Origin: Octopus sinensis
Taxonomy: Eukaryota
NCBI RefSeq assembly: GCF_006345805.1
Contig: NC_043019.1
Coordinates: forward strand, 13,081,360-13,145,359
Reading direction: 5' to 3'
DNA length: 64,000 bases
In this document: positions 10,531-22,140 of the stretch, piece after piece
How the letters are laid out: each line of letters begins with the position of its first letter
Numbering within the stretch: the first letter of the stretch is position 1
Notes under the pieces: model-generated
Told to the model about the DNA's origin: nothing
Seen by the model: only the letters and a program-made list of their open reading frames with translations
The model's database searches: none
Program-made: the position numbers and the translations under genes

Positions 10531-11514
10531 GCAGAAACGTTAGCACACCGGGCGAAATGCGTAGCCGTATTTTCGTCTGCCGTTACATTCTGAGTTCAAA
10601 TTCCGCCGAGGTTGACTTTGCCTTTCATCCTTTCGGGGTCGATTAAATAAGTACCAGTTACGCACTGGGGTCGATATAATCGACTTAATCCGTGTGTCTG
10701 TCCTTGTTTGTCCTCTCTGTGTTTGGCCCCTTGTGGGTAGTAAAGAAATAGGTACTGGCAACAGCCATGCTCAAATAGCACATCTACCAAAATCCACTCA
10801 CAAGGCTTTGGTCATCCTGGAGGTTTATCCTAGGTGCCAAGCAGTGGGATTGAACCTGGAACCATGTGCTTGGGAAGCAAAACTTTTTACCACATAGCCA
10901 CACCTGTCCACCCACTATCAACCCTGTATGTTTTAGGCTTAAGATCTATTGACGGCTGGCTCTTATGGACCTTTCTGGGCCTTACTTATCTCAGCACATC
11001 TTGCTGTTTGTGTTTCTAGGGTTTTCTTGCCTAGCCTACCTGGTAGTTTATGTTGATCCTCAATGTCAAGTATACTATGATGATCAGGTCTGGCCAACTT
11101 GAGGCCCGCACGCTACACACTTTTATCTTGCAGCCCGCTCGATATTTTCTTGAAATGGGTTTATTTAACCCTTTAGTGTTCGCATTATTCTGCCAAAACT
11201 AATGCTTCTTTATCCACTTTGTTTTGAACTAATCATGCATTATCTTGTAGCTATGAGAATTTGATGAAGTAGCTGTTAATTTTAAAAACGATATTGTAGG
11301 GTTGGTGTGAGTTACGGGGATGTAAACACACCACCACCTGTTGTCAAGTGATGTTGGGGGGGGGAACACAGACACACACAAACACACATACATATATACA
11401 TATATATGACGGGCTTCTTTCAGTTTCCGTCTACCAAATCCACTCACAAGGCTCTCATATAGATGAGAATCGGATATTCTCCGTATAGAAAACATGTAGT
11501 GCTAAAGAGGTTTA

Positions 11515-11889
11515 AACGTGTGGCCATGCTGGAGCACCGCCTTTAGTCGAGGAAATCGGCCCCAAGGACTTATTCTTTGTAAGCCTAGTACTTATTCTAT
11601 CGGTCATTTTGGCCGAACCGCTAAGTTACGGGGACGTAAACACACCACCATCGGTTGTCAAGCGATGCTGGGGAGACAAACACAGACACACAAACATATA
11701 CACACACGTACATACATATATACGACGGGCTTCTTTCAGTTTCCGTCTACCAAATCCACTCACAAGGCTTTGGTCGGCCCGAGGCTATAGTAGAAGACAC
11801 TCGCCCAAGGTGCCACGTAGTGGGACTGAACCCGAAACCATGCAGTTGGTAAGCAAGCTACTTACCACACAGCCACTCCCTGCGCCTAC
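11515..11889 (-). mobile_element. SINE family A
   Basis: Near full-length copy, inverted relative to 12104-12518. Confidence 0.88.
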
Positions 11890-12103
11890 CTGTGACAAAC
11901 GACAGCTAAAATTTCATATCAACTGTTGCGGTCATATGTATACCATGTCTAAATGAAAACAGTGTGGGAAAAGCTGGTATCGTTTTTATCGGGTGACCTT
12001 GTACTAAATAGCAACACAACTACCACAAACACCAGTTGGGTAGCTTGACTAGCTAAAACTAGTAGTCAAATTTCCTGAAATCAAATAGGGCAATGTTGTA
12101 AAC

Positions 12104-12518
12104 AGGCGCAGGAGTGGCTGTGTGGTAAGTAGCTTGCTAACCAACCACATGGTTCCGGGTTCAGTCCCACTGCGTGACATCTTGGGCAAGCGTCTTCTGC
12201 TATAGCCTCGGGCCGACCGATGCCTTGTGAGTGGATTTGGTAGACGGAAACTGAGAGAAGCCTGTCGTATATATGTATATATATATGTGTGTGTATGTGT
12301 GTGTGTGTTTGTGTGTCTGTGTTTGTCCCCCCGAGCATTGCTTGACAACCGATGCTGGTGTGTTTACGTCCCCGTCACTTAGCGGTTCGGCAAAAGAGAC
12401 CAATAGAATAAGTACTGGGCTTACAAAAAGAATAAGTCCCAGGGTCGATTTTTCTCGACTAAAAGGCGGTGCTACAGCATGGCCACAGTTAAATGACTGA
12501 AACAAGTAAAAGAGTAAA
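12104..12518 (+). mobile_element. SINE family A
   Basis: Full-length copy. Confidence 0.88.
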
Positions 12519-13167
12519 CGGATGAGATAGTTACAGCTGGCTGGAACACTTTCGATTAAATTTTCACTGAATCACGGATGACCTCAGATTAAATCACAGC
12601 CACGGGGACAACAACAACAACAGCAACAACAGCAGCAGCTCTTATCGTATGGGTTCTGATTAAACAACCTCGTACATATCTATTAATTAGTTTGATAACG
12701 AACCTGCTTTCTCAAGTGAAGTGGCCTCGTTGTGACATCGGTGTGCATTATTACACAAATTGTGCAGCTTGTTGTGACCTGACCTGGCTTGTACATCAAC
12801 ACGACAACGTATAACCTACTAAATTATCTTTTAATTGTTTCAGTCACTGGACACTGCAGCCATGCTGGAGCACTACTCTGACTGTTTGTTTTTTTCTCTC
12901 TCTCTTTTTTTAAGTAACTCCAGTACTTAATTTTTAAAAATCTGGTATTTATTCTATCAGTCTCTTTTGTTGAACTGCTATGTTACAGAGATGTAAACAA
13001 ACCAACATCAGCTGGTGGGTGGTGGGACAAACACAGACACACACAAGTATGTATATATGTATATATAGATATATATATATATATATATAAATATATACAT
13101 TAGCGTCGTATTTATTACGTTCGCTATTTTCCAGTAGATATCGGTGCTTCGTTGTACCATTTATTTA

Positions 13168-13207
<40 letters not shown>

Positions 13208-13880
13208 AGCACTCCGTCGGTTGCAATGATGAGGGTCCCAGCTGATCTGATCAACGGAGCAGCTTGCCTGTGATATTAACATGCAAGTGGCTGAGCACTC
13301 CACAGGCACGTGTACCCTTAACGTAGTTCTCGGGGATATTCAGCGTAACACAGAGTGTGACAAAGCTGACCCTTTGAAATACCAGTACTACTCATTTTTG
13401 CCAGCTGAGTGGACTGGAGCATCGTGAAATAAAGTGTCAAGGACACAATGCGCCACCGGGAATTGAACTCATGACCTTACAATCATGAGCCGAATGCCCC
13501 TAACCACTAAGCCACACGCCTTCACACACACTCACACATATACACATATATGTGATTATTTGGTAAACTGTGCCGAATTTTACACTTCTGTAAATAATAA
13601 TAATAACATTTATAAGCTTAAAGCTTATAAGCAATCACTGTGCATTGACTAAGGTAAATTGCAGCCAGTACACTCTGTAAAGTGGTTGGCACTAGGAAGG
13701 GCATCCTGCTGTAGAAACCATGTCAAAAGATGACACTTGAGTTTAACACACAGCCTTGCAGCTCGCTAGTTCCTTGTCAAACTGTCCTACTCATTCTAGC
13801 ATGGAAAGCAGATGCTAAATTATGATGGTTATGATGATTCCTTACACTTCTCATCAACCAAATTCACTTTAAGCCCATAG

Positions 13881-14288
13881 TAGAAGACACTTGCCCAAGA
13901 TGCCATGCAGTGGGTCTGAACTTGAAACCACATGCTTGGAAAAGTGAACTTCTCAGCCACTCAACCATGCCTCTAATTACTTACTAAATATGTCATAAGT
14001 TCAAATTCACACCTGTCTTTTGTTGTTGTCATTTAGCACCAGGTCAGCTTGGATTGCCATTCAAAAGGCATTCCACAAGTAGAAGACACTTGCCCAAGGT
14101 GCCATGCAGTGGGACTGAACTTGAGACCACATGGCACCACATGATTGGAAAAGTGAACTTCTCAGCCACCCAACCATGCCTCTAATTACTTACTAAGTAT
14201 GTCATAAGTTCAAATACACACCTGTCTTTTGTTGTTGTCATTTAGCACAAGGTCAGCTTGGACTGTCATTCAAAAGGCATTCCACAGG
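13881..14288 (+). repeat. Local tandem duplication of about 200 bp (SINE fragment plus unique flank)
   Basis: The block gtagaagacacttgcccaag...caaaaggcattccaca occurs at 13881-14078 and 14079-14288. Confidence 0.8.
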
Positions 14289-14458
14289 TCATCCTCCATT
14301 TTATTAATTTTTGTTTGTTTGTATGCTACACTCCTAGCCTTTTATAAGCAAAAGGGTGTAATATGAGAGGTTCAGATACTATTTATAGCAGAGTCACTGA
14401 CCGCACAAAGGACACTTATCAACGTGTTTAATCTCAGATCAATCCCAAACAAGCAGGC

Positions 14459-14617
14459 ATTTACATTATTTACATTCGACAGATATTTGTCCTCATCTTG
14501 TTGGTTGTTAATACAACTTTCGGCTGATATTCCCCCCCCAGCCTTCATCAGGTGTCTTGGGGAAATTTCGAATCTGGGTTCTCATTCCTAAGGTATTTTT
14601 CACTGTTACTGTTGTTG

Positions 14618-14653
<36 letters not shown>

Positions 14654-14724
14654 TCACTGCCCGGAATCGAACTCGGAATCTTGGGGTTAGTAGCCTGCGC
14701 TCTTAACCACTACGCCATATGGCC
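14459..14724 (-). mobile_element. tRNA-headed SINE with hammerhead-like body (family H), left copy
   Basis: Reverse complement of 14811-15090: head, (AAT)n, body. GACAC-CTGATGA-A-GGCTG..CAGCC-GAAA at 14556-14518. Confidence 0.75.
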
Positions 14725-14810
14725 ATGGGCATATGGCGTAGTGGTTAAGAGCAAATCGACTCCAGGACTTATTCTTTGTAAGCCCAGTACTTATTCTACC
14801 GGTCTCTTTT

Positions 14811-15090
14811 GCCCATGGGCATATGGCGTAGTGGTTAAGAGCGCGGGTTACTAACCCCAAGATTCCGAGTTCGATTCCAGGCAGTGACCTGAACACTAAC
14901 AATAACAACAATAATAATAATATTAATAATAATAACATTGAAAAAGACCTTAGGAATGAGAACCCAGGGTCGAAATTTCCACGAGACACCTGAAGAAGGC
15001 TGGACGGTATATCAGCCGAAACGTCAAACAAGATGAGGACAAATATCTATCGAATGTAAATAATGTACATAACTCCTCATCTCTTAAATC
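14811..15090 (+). mobile_element. tRNA-headed SINE with hammerhead-like body (family H), right copy
   Basis: A box TGGCGTAGTGG at 14824-14834, B box GAGTTCGATTCC at 14867-14878, an (AAT)n linker, then the hammerhead core at 14985-15025. Confidence 0.78.
14985..15025 (+). ncRNA. Minimal type I hammerhead motif (3' strand of stem I deleted in this copy)
   Basis: GACAC CTGAAGA A GGCTG gacggtatat CAGCC GAA ACGT C. Palindromic ACGT stem III, as in PLE-type minimal hammerheads. Confidence 0.65.
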
Positions 15091-18000
15091 ATCATCATTT
15101 AGTGTCTGCTTTCCATGCTGGCATGGGTTGGACGGTTCAACTGGGGTCTGTGAAGCCAGAAGGCTGCATCAGGCCCAGTCTGATCTGGCAGTGTTTCTAC
15201 GGCTGGATGCCCTTCCTAACGCCAACCACTCCGTGAGTGTAGTGGGTGCATTTTTACGTGCCACTCGCACAGGTGCCAGACGGAGCTGGCAAACAGCCAC
15301 GGACGGACGGTGCTTTTTACGTGCCACCGGCACGGGGGCCAGGCGCGGCTGGCAAACGGCCACGAACGGATGGTGCTTTTACGTGCCACCGGCACAGGGG
15401 CCAGGCGAGGCTGGCAACGGCCACGATCAGATGGTGCTACGTGCCACTGGCACGGGTGCCAGGCGAGGCTGGCAACGGACAATATAGAACTGTATTAAGC
15501 AGGCATTTAGTTAAAGATATTCTGGCCAATGACCATCTTTACAGAACTGTTCTCAGTCATGGCCTATTTACTGGTCCCTACTGCATCAAACTTTCTTAAC
15601 CCCTTTGCTCCCTACTGAGCATAAGCTGTCAATGAGATCTTCTTCACTATTCTCGATTCTGGGTTGTCTTTTTTGCTTTTCTCCAATCATAGGCGCAGGA
15701 GTGGCTGTGTGGTAAGTAGCTTGCTAACCAACCACATGGTCCCGGGTTCAGTCCCACTGCGTGGCATCTTGGGCAAGTGTCTTCTGCTATAGCCCCGGGC
15801 CGACCAATGCCTTGTGAGTGGATTTGGTAGACGGAAACTGAAAGAAGCCTGTCGTATATATGTATATATACATATATATGTGTGTGTGTGTGTGTTTGTC
15901 CCCCTAGCATTGCTTGACAACCGATGCTGGTGTGTTTACGCCCCCATCACTTAGCGGTTCGGCAAAAGAGACCGATAGAATAAGTACTGGGCTTACAAAG
16001 AATAAGTCCCGGGGTCGATTTGCTCGACTAAAGGCGGTGCTCCAGCATGGCCGCAGACAAATGACTGAAACAAGTAAAAGAGTAAAGAGTAAATTCCTGC
16101 TTTTTCAGTTCTGCTTTAATATCCTACCTCCATGTGTCTCCCCTGGGGGAAAGTCTTCCTCTCCCAAGTCTTGTTAATTTCAAGTCATTGATACTTTTTT
16201 TTGCAACGTAGGCATACTGGCCACATTGCATAAATCATTTTTACCTTCAGGAAGTAGCTTGCTTACGAACCACATGGTTCCGGGTTCAGTCCCACTGCAT
16301 GGCACCTTGGGCAAGAGTCTTCTACTATAGCCTTGGGCCAACCAAAACCTTGTGAGTGGATCTGGTAGACGGAAACTGAAAGGAGCCTTGTCATATATAT
16401 ATATGTATGTGTGTGTATATGTTTGTGTGTCTGTGTTTGTCCCCCTAGCATTGCTTGACAACCGATGCTGGTGTGTTTACGTCCCCCGTAACTTACTGGT
16501 TCGGCAAAAGAATAGACCGATAGAATAAGTACTAGGCTTACAAAAGAATAAGTCCTGGGGGGTCGATTTGCTTGACTAAAGGCGGTGCTCCAGCATGGCC
16601 ACAGTCAAATGACTGAAACAAGTAAAAGAGTAAACTCCTGGGAAGTCTTACAAATTTGTATGTATCTATTGTGTATGTATTTATGTATGTGTGTACGTCT
16701 ACACACACACCTCAGCAGTCTAGGTTACAGCTACGTTTTTCACAGCCAGACAAAGCTGGCTTGTCCTGTGCCACCAGTTCTCTGCCGATCTCTAACTTTT
16801 ACTACTGTCAAGAAAGACCTCCTCCTCACCATAATCTTCTACATTGAAATCCTACGAATGCTTGTGTGTGTGTGTGTAAGAGTTAGCACGCTTTTTGGAG
16901 ACGACTAGAGAATATGCCTAAAGGTTACTGTCCTGCAGGATTTACTCACACACACACATACGCAAACATATTCTTAGGCGCAGAGGTGGCTGTGTGGTAA
17001 GTAGCTTGCTAACCAGCCACACGGTTGCGGGTTCAGTCTTCTGCTATAGCCCCGGGCCGACCAATGCCTTGTGAGTGGATTTGGTAGACGGAAACTGAAA
17101 GAAGCCTGTCGTATATATGTATATATATGTATATGTGTGTGTGTTTGTGTGTCTGTGTTTGTCCCCCTAGCATTGCTTGACAACCGATGCTGGTGTGTTT
17201 ATGTCCCCGTCACTTAGCGGTTCGGCAAAAAGAGACCGATAGAATAAGTACTAAAAGGCGGTGCTCCAGCATGGTCGCAGTCAGATGACTGAAACAAGTA
17301 AAAGAGTAAAAGAGTAAAGAGTAATATTCTTCTTTAATATGTATTCTGTACAAGCATTCTTTAATATGTATTCTGTACAAGCAATGCGTAGCATTGCTTA
17401 CAAATTTATGTAGTGTAAATAAATCTCTATTTAATCACAAAACAACTTATGTATTTATTAATACATACACACATCCACTACACGTGTATACACATTATAT
17501 ACACAAACACGTTTTAACGTGTGCCTCTTCTATAGTCAAGACGATCGATGTCTCGCACTTGTAATGTATTTATAACTCAACAACAGAACAAGGACGACTT
17601 GTAGGCGGATGCCCCTACACGGTCGTTAGACATGCTAGAAACAGCAGTTGAATATCGCTCGTAACACCACTTAAACGAAGAAGGACACTGCAAACTACTT
17701 GGCTATACTATCGTACGATGGTGGAGAGGAAACTGGATGCTTACGATCGGAATATTTTTGATCATGGGTTTGCTCGATCAGGGCTGACCAGGAAGGAGAG
17801 GGCTTATGGATTAGCAGCAGTTAATCCACAAGGATTAACAGCGGTTTAAGAAGTTAAAAGACAGTATTACTCAGAATGTGGTACAAGTTAAGCTGGAGTC
17901 CAGCCTCTTGAGATGCAATAAGTCCCAATTATATGCAGTAGCAGCGGTGATGGTAATGGTGGTGGTTGTGATAGTAACAATGCTTCCGTTATCAACCACT

Positions 18001-18207
18001 AGGGGTTAGCAAAGATTAATTACGGATTGATTGTACAGCGATCAGGTGTGCACAACAATTTGTCGGATAAGACTAAGAAAAGGGGACATACACACACACA
18101 CGTGAGTGTATGGTGTGTGTGTGTGTGTGTACATGTAAGGATAAGCAAGTTAGGTAGGTGGATAAACGAAGAATATTTAATACACTAAATACAAAAAAAA
18201 ACAAAAG

Positions 18208-18578
18208 TGCGTAGAAGTGGCTGTGTGGTAAGTAGCTTGCTTACCAACCACATGCTTCCGGGTTCAGTCCCGGGCAAGTGTCTTCTACCATGGCCTCGGG
18301 CTGACCAAAGCCTAGTGAGTGGATTTGGTAGACGGAAACTAAAAGAAGCCCGTCGTATATATGTATATGTGTATGTATGTTTGTGTTTGTCCCCATCAGC
18401 ATCGCTTGACAACCGATGCTGGTGTGTTTACGTCCCCGTAACTTAGCGGTTCGGCAAAAATGACCGATAGAATAAGTACTAGGCTTACAAAGAATAAGTC
18501 CTGGGTGTCGATTTGCTCGACTGAAAGGCGGTGCTCCAGCATGGCCGCAGTCAAATGACTGAAACAAGTAGAAGAGTG
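18208..18578 (+). mobile_element. SINE family A
   Basis: Copy with a small internal deletion, inverted relative to 19257-19640. Confidence 0.85.
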
Positions 18579-19256
18579 ACCCGCTAAAATTTAAACTTCT
18601 TTAGCACTAAGGTGTTTTCTACACGAAGAATATCCGATTCGCATCTATGAACTATATACGCGTGCGTGTGTGTATACACACACGTGTGTATGCGTATATG
18701 TATATGTGTATATGTACACACATACACACAAGGAAATTGACAAAATACGAGCGACCTTACGTTTTGTTGACAAAAAAACTTTAAAAATAGAATTTTTCCA
18801 TGTCGCACTCAAAGTTTATGCGAAGCCTGAATGTCAAAAAGTCTCATTATATATTTTCTATAAATTATCAATAATTGTAAAGTTTTTAATTCTGAAAAAC
18901 AAATATTTCACACGAAAGGAAAAATAACACAAAACAAAAAGGAAACCCCAAATTTTTCCAATAATTCTTTTTCTTAAGAAAAACAGTAAAACTTTAAAAC
19001 TTATCTTCAAATGATCAGAGCAAAAATAAGAGTAAACGAATGGTTTATCTCGGCCTAGCAAATTATAAAATTGGGTTATTTTTAGTTAGCCTTGAAACGT
19101 TCGTCTGTTCCCCTCTATTCAATGTTTAACAACAATTATTGTCAGCAATAAGAGCCACCAAAATAAACAAACACGAACTTGCACGCACCAAAGTTTGAAG
19201 TGGCCTATACGTGGTTCTTTGATCGGCTAGAAATAACAGCAAAATTTCCCTAAACT

Positions 19257-19640
19257 CTTTACTCTTTTACTTGTTTCAGTCATTTGACTGCGGCCATGCT
19301 GGAGCACCGCCTTCAGTCGAGTAAAATCGACCCCCCAGGACTTATTCTTTGTAAGCCTAGTACTTATTCTATCGGTGTCTTTTGCCGAACCGCTAAGTTA
19401 CGGGGACGTAAACACACCAGCATCGGTTGTCAAGCGATGTTGGGGGGGGGGGACAAACACAGACATACAAACATATACACACACATACATAAATATATAT
19501 ATATACATATATGCGACGTGCATCTTTCAGTTTCCGTCTACCAAATCCACTCACAAGGCTTTGGTCGGCCCGAGGCTATAGTAGAAGACACTTGCCCAAG
19601 GTGCCACACTGTGGGACTGAACCCAGAACCATGGGGTTGG
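19257..19640 (-). mobile_element. SINE family A
   Basis: Near full-length copy. Confidence 0.85.
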
Positions 19641-20239
19641 TTGTTTATTATTATGATTATTATTATTATTATTATCATTATTATTAAAGTAAGTTCACAC
19701 TGGATATTGTACTCCGTGGGAGACAGTGCGGCGTACGTCGGAGTTAGGAAGCACCAAGTTGGACTTACTCCGTTTTGACGGAGATTTTTCAGATTTTTTT
19801 TTCACGGCGCCCTTGGAAACGCTCTGGACCATCTTTTTAGCAAAAAGAATTTGCGAAAAATGGTGTTATTTTTTCTTCTGCTATAAAAATAGTCCAGAGT
19901 ACTGTAAAAAAAAATTCTGAAAAATTCCCGTCAAAACAGAGAAATTCCAAATTGTTGGTGCATCCGAAGTCCGGCGCCGCCAAGGTGTGTGATTAAAGGG
20001 AGATTTGGCTGTTGTTTCTAGTATTTCCCATGAGCACCTTCCTCGTTTGTAGCATATTCTATGGCCATCTTTCTCGTTTCTAGCATGTCCCATGACTACT
20101 TCTTTGAAAAACCTCGTCAAAACGGAGAAATTCCAACTTGTGGGTGTTTCCCAAGTCCCACGTCCGCCCTAAATTCTTTAGTTACACGTACACACACACA
20201 CACACACACATTTACACGCATACGTATATTTTACGTGTA

Positions 20240-20501
20240 GGTACTATTTAAGAAGAGTGGTCTCGGTGCGCGCACTCGCGTAAGCTAGTCGTGACTAATC
20301 GATTCTTACTTTGTGTTTTTGTGTTTTATCTACTTTGTTTTTTTAAAAAAAATATTTACTATGTGTAAAAAAAATTATTTATTTTGTGTTTTATTTATTT
20401 TGCTAGGTAGTCGTTCTAGGATCGACTAGTCACGACTAGCTAGCGCGAATGCGCGAGGACGCGAGTGCGCGCACTGGGCCCCACTCTTCTTAAATAGTAC
20501 C
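20240..20501. mobile_element. Mutator-like MITE (262 bp)
   Basis: Imperfect TIRs of about 65-90 bp starting GGTACTATTTAAGAAGAGTGG. Perfect 9-bp direct repeat TTACGTGTA at 20231-20239 and 20502-20510. Confidence 0.75.
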
Positions 20502-20878
20502 TTACGTGTATATATGTTTATGTATATACACACACACACAGAGGCATACGAGTATCAACGGATCACCGACTCACGTCCACACACGAAGATACATAAACAA
20601 ATACGAAAATAAAAACATATATATATATATATATATATATATAAACAGAAAGAAGTGCGACTTACTGAACCATTTTTGCTCGACGGTTTTGTGACAACCG
20701 GATGAACTTGATGTCAGAACGAAGAACGAATTAACGACGGGGACTCAAAATAAAAGCGGAGCTGGAATATACCCAAGTCGTATAAGGCGAAGATGTACTA
20801 CAGTCTATTAATGTTTGTCAGAGGATTGCCTTGATAAACAACTGGACTATGAGCGAGCAAACGTGACCGTAAGCACGT

Positions 20879-20934
<56 letters not shown>

Positions 20935-21081
20935 TATATTGTATGTATGTATGTATGTATAGTTATCTATATATATATATACCTCCTATCAGATAATATA
21001 GTGGGATGGATTTATAGTTGAGTTTGATGGGCGGGGTTAATGTAGGTTAGAGAAAGTGTAGCGTGTGAAGGGTTAAAGTAA

Positions 21082-21113
<32 letters not shown>

Positions 21114-21285
21114 GAGAGAGTATTTCTTTATTCACCATAAGGTTGAGAAAAAGAGGGGACAATACGGGGGGGGGACAGACAAAACAAACGTTGGGGGTCA
21201 GGGTATCGAATGAGACGAAACGAAACGAAACGTATGAATAAACAAACAATTAAAATATATACAATTAAATGAGAATGAGTGATTA

Positions 21286-21326
<41 letters not shown>

Positions 21327-21894
21327 GGCGTGTGACGGAACGTCGTATATGAAGAAGTGTAAGGAAAAGCAATGCGTGACCGTGTGTACGTGCGTTAAGA
21401 CGAGGCCAGCATGGCTGTGTGGTTAAGAGGCTCGCTTTGCAACCGCGCGGCTTCGGGTTAAGTCCCACCGCGCGGCACCTTGGGCACGGCAAGTATCTTC
21501 TACCACAGCCCCGGCCGACAAATGCCTTCTGAGCGAATTCAGTGGACGAAAACCGAGTGGGAGTCCGTCAGATGCGAATAACCTCCGACAATACAGCTTT
21601 CTACACTGCTTCGAATAAGTCTTAAGTCTTATGACTCCTAGAGATAAAGGTCGGACAGTTGTCGTGTTGGGTAAGATTAGTCTTATCTCCAGACGATAAG
21701 CTAGTCTCTTTCCTGGATCTTTCTGTTGTCGTCACAGCTTTCTATTCTCTTTTTTTTGTTTGTTTGTTTAATTTTGTTTCCGTTGTTTTCAGATTTGTTG
21801 TATTGGTGTAGTTTTGTATGCTAATTATGGAAAGGAAACTTATTTTCTTCACGAATTAACAAATAAAAAGTTAACAGCTTTTAAAGTTCGCAAA

Positions 21895-22140
21895 TTCTGC
21901 GTAATTTCAGCCAATCGAAAGCCACAGACACATTGGTGCCTGTTTCCATGGTAACAAGTGACGCTGTAGTCTGCATAAAACTACCAACACGCATATTTTT
22001 TGTTTCACCTGTGTATTTTCTTTGACGAATGCCCATTTTCTGAATTTCAGTTTTTGTATTTTCGCTAAACACTTCGCCTTATGTTGCTCTGCGATCACTT
22101 CGACACCTGATGCGTGGCACACTGTGCACATATTCAGGTA
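21895..22140 (+). promoter_or_regulatory. Candidate promoter and first exon: CCAAT, RFX X-box, strong donor
   Basis: CCAAT at 21911, ATTGG at 21932, GTTTCCATGGTAAC at 21942-21955, CpG-rich unique sequence, donor CAG|GTAATG at 22137/22138. Confidence 0.4.

Noticed and set aside
18761-18801. ATG..AC|GTAAGG as the TMEM205 start exon (the length gives the required phase 2)
   Set aside because: In-frame TAA at codon 7; rescue would need two compensating homopolymer errors.
22110-22137. MRGTLCTYSG as a ribosomal protein L24-like N-terminus
   Set aside because: Only 9 codons, and no downstream GYKIYPGHG-like exon was found in the window.
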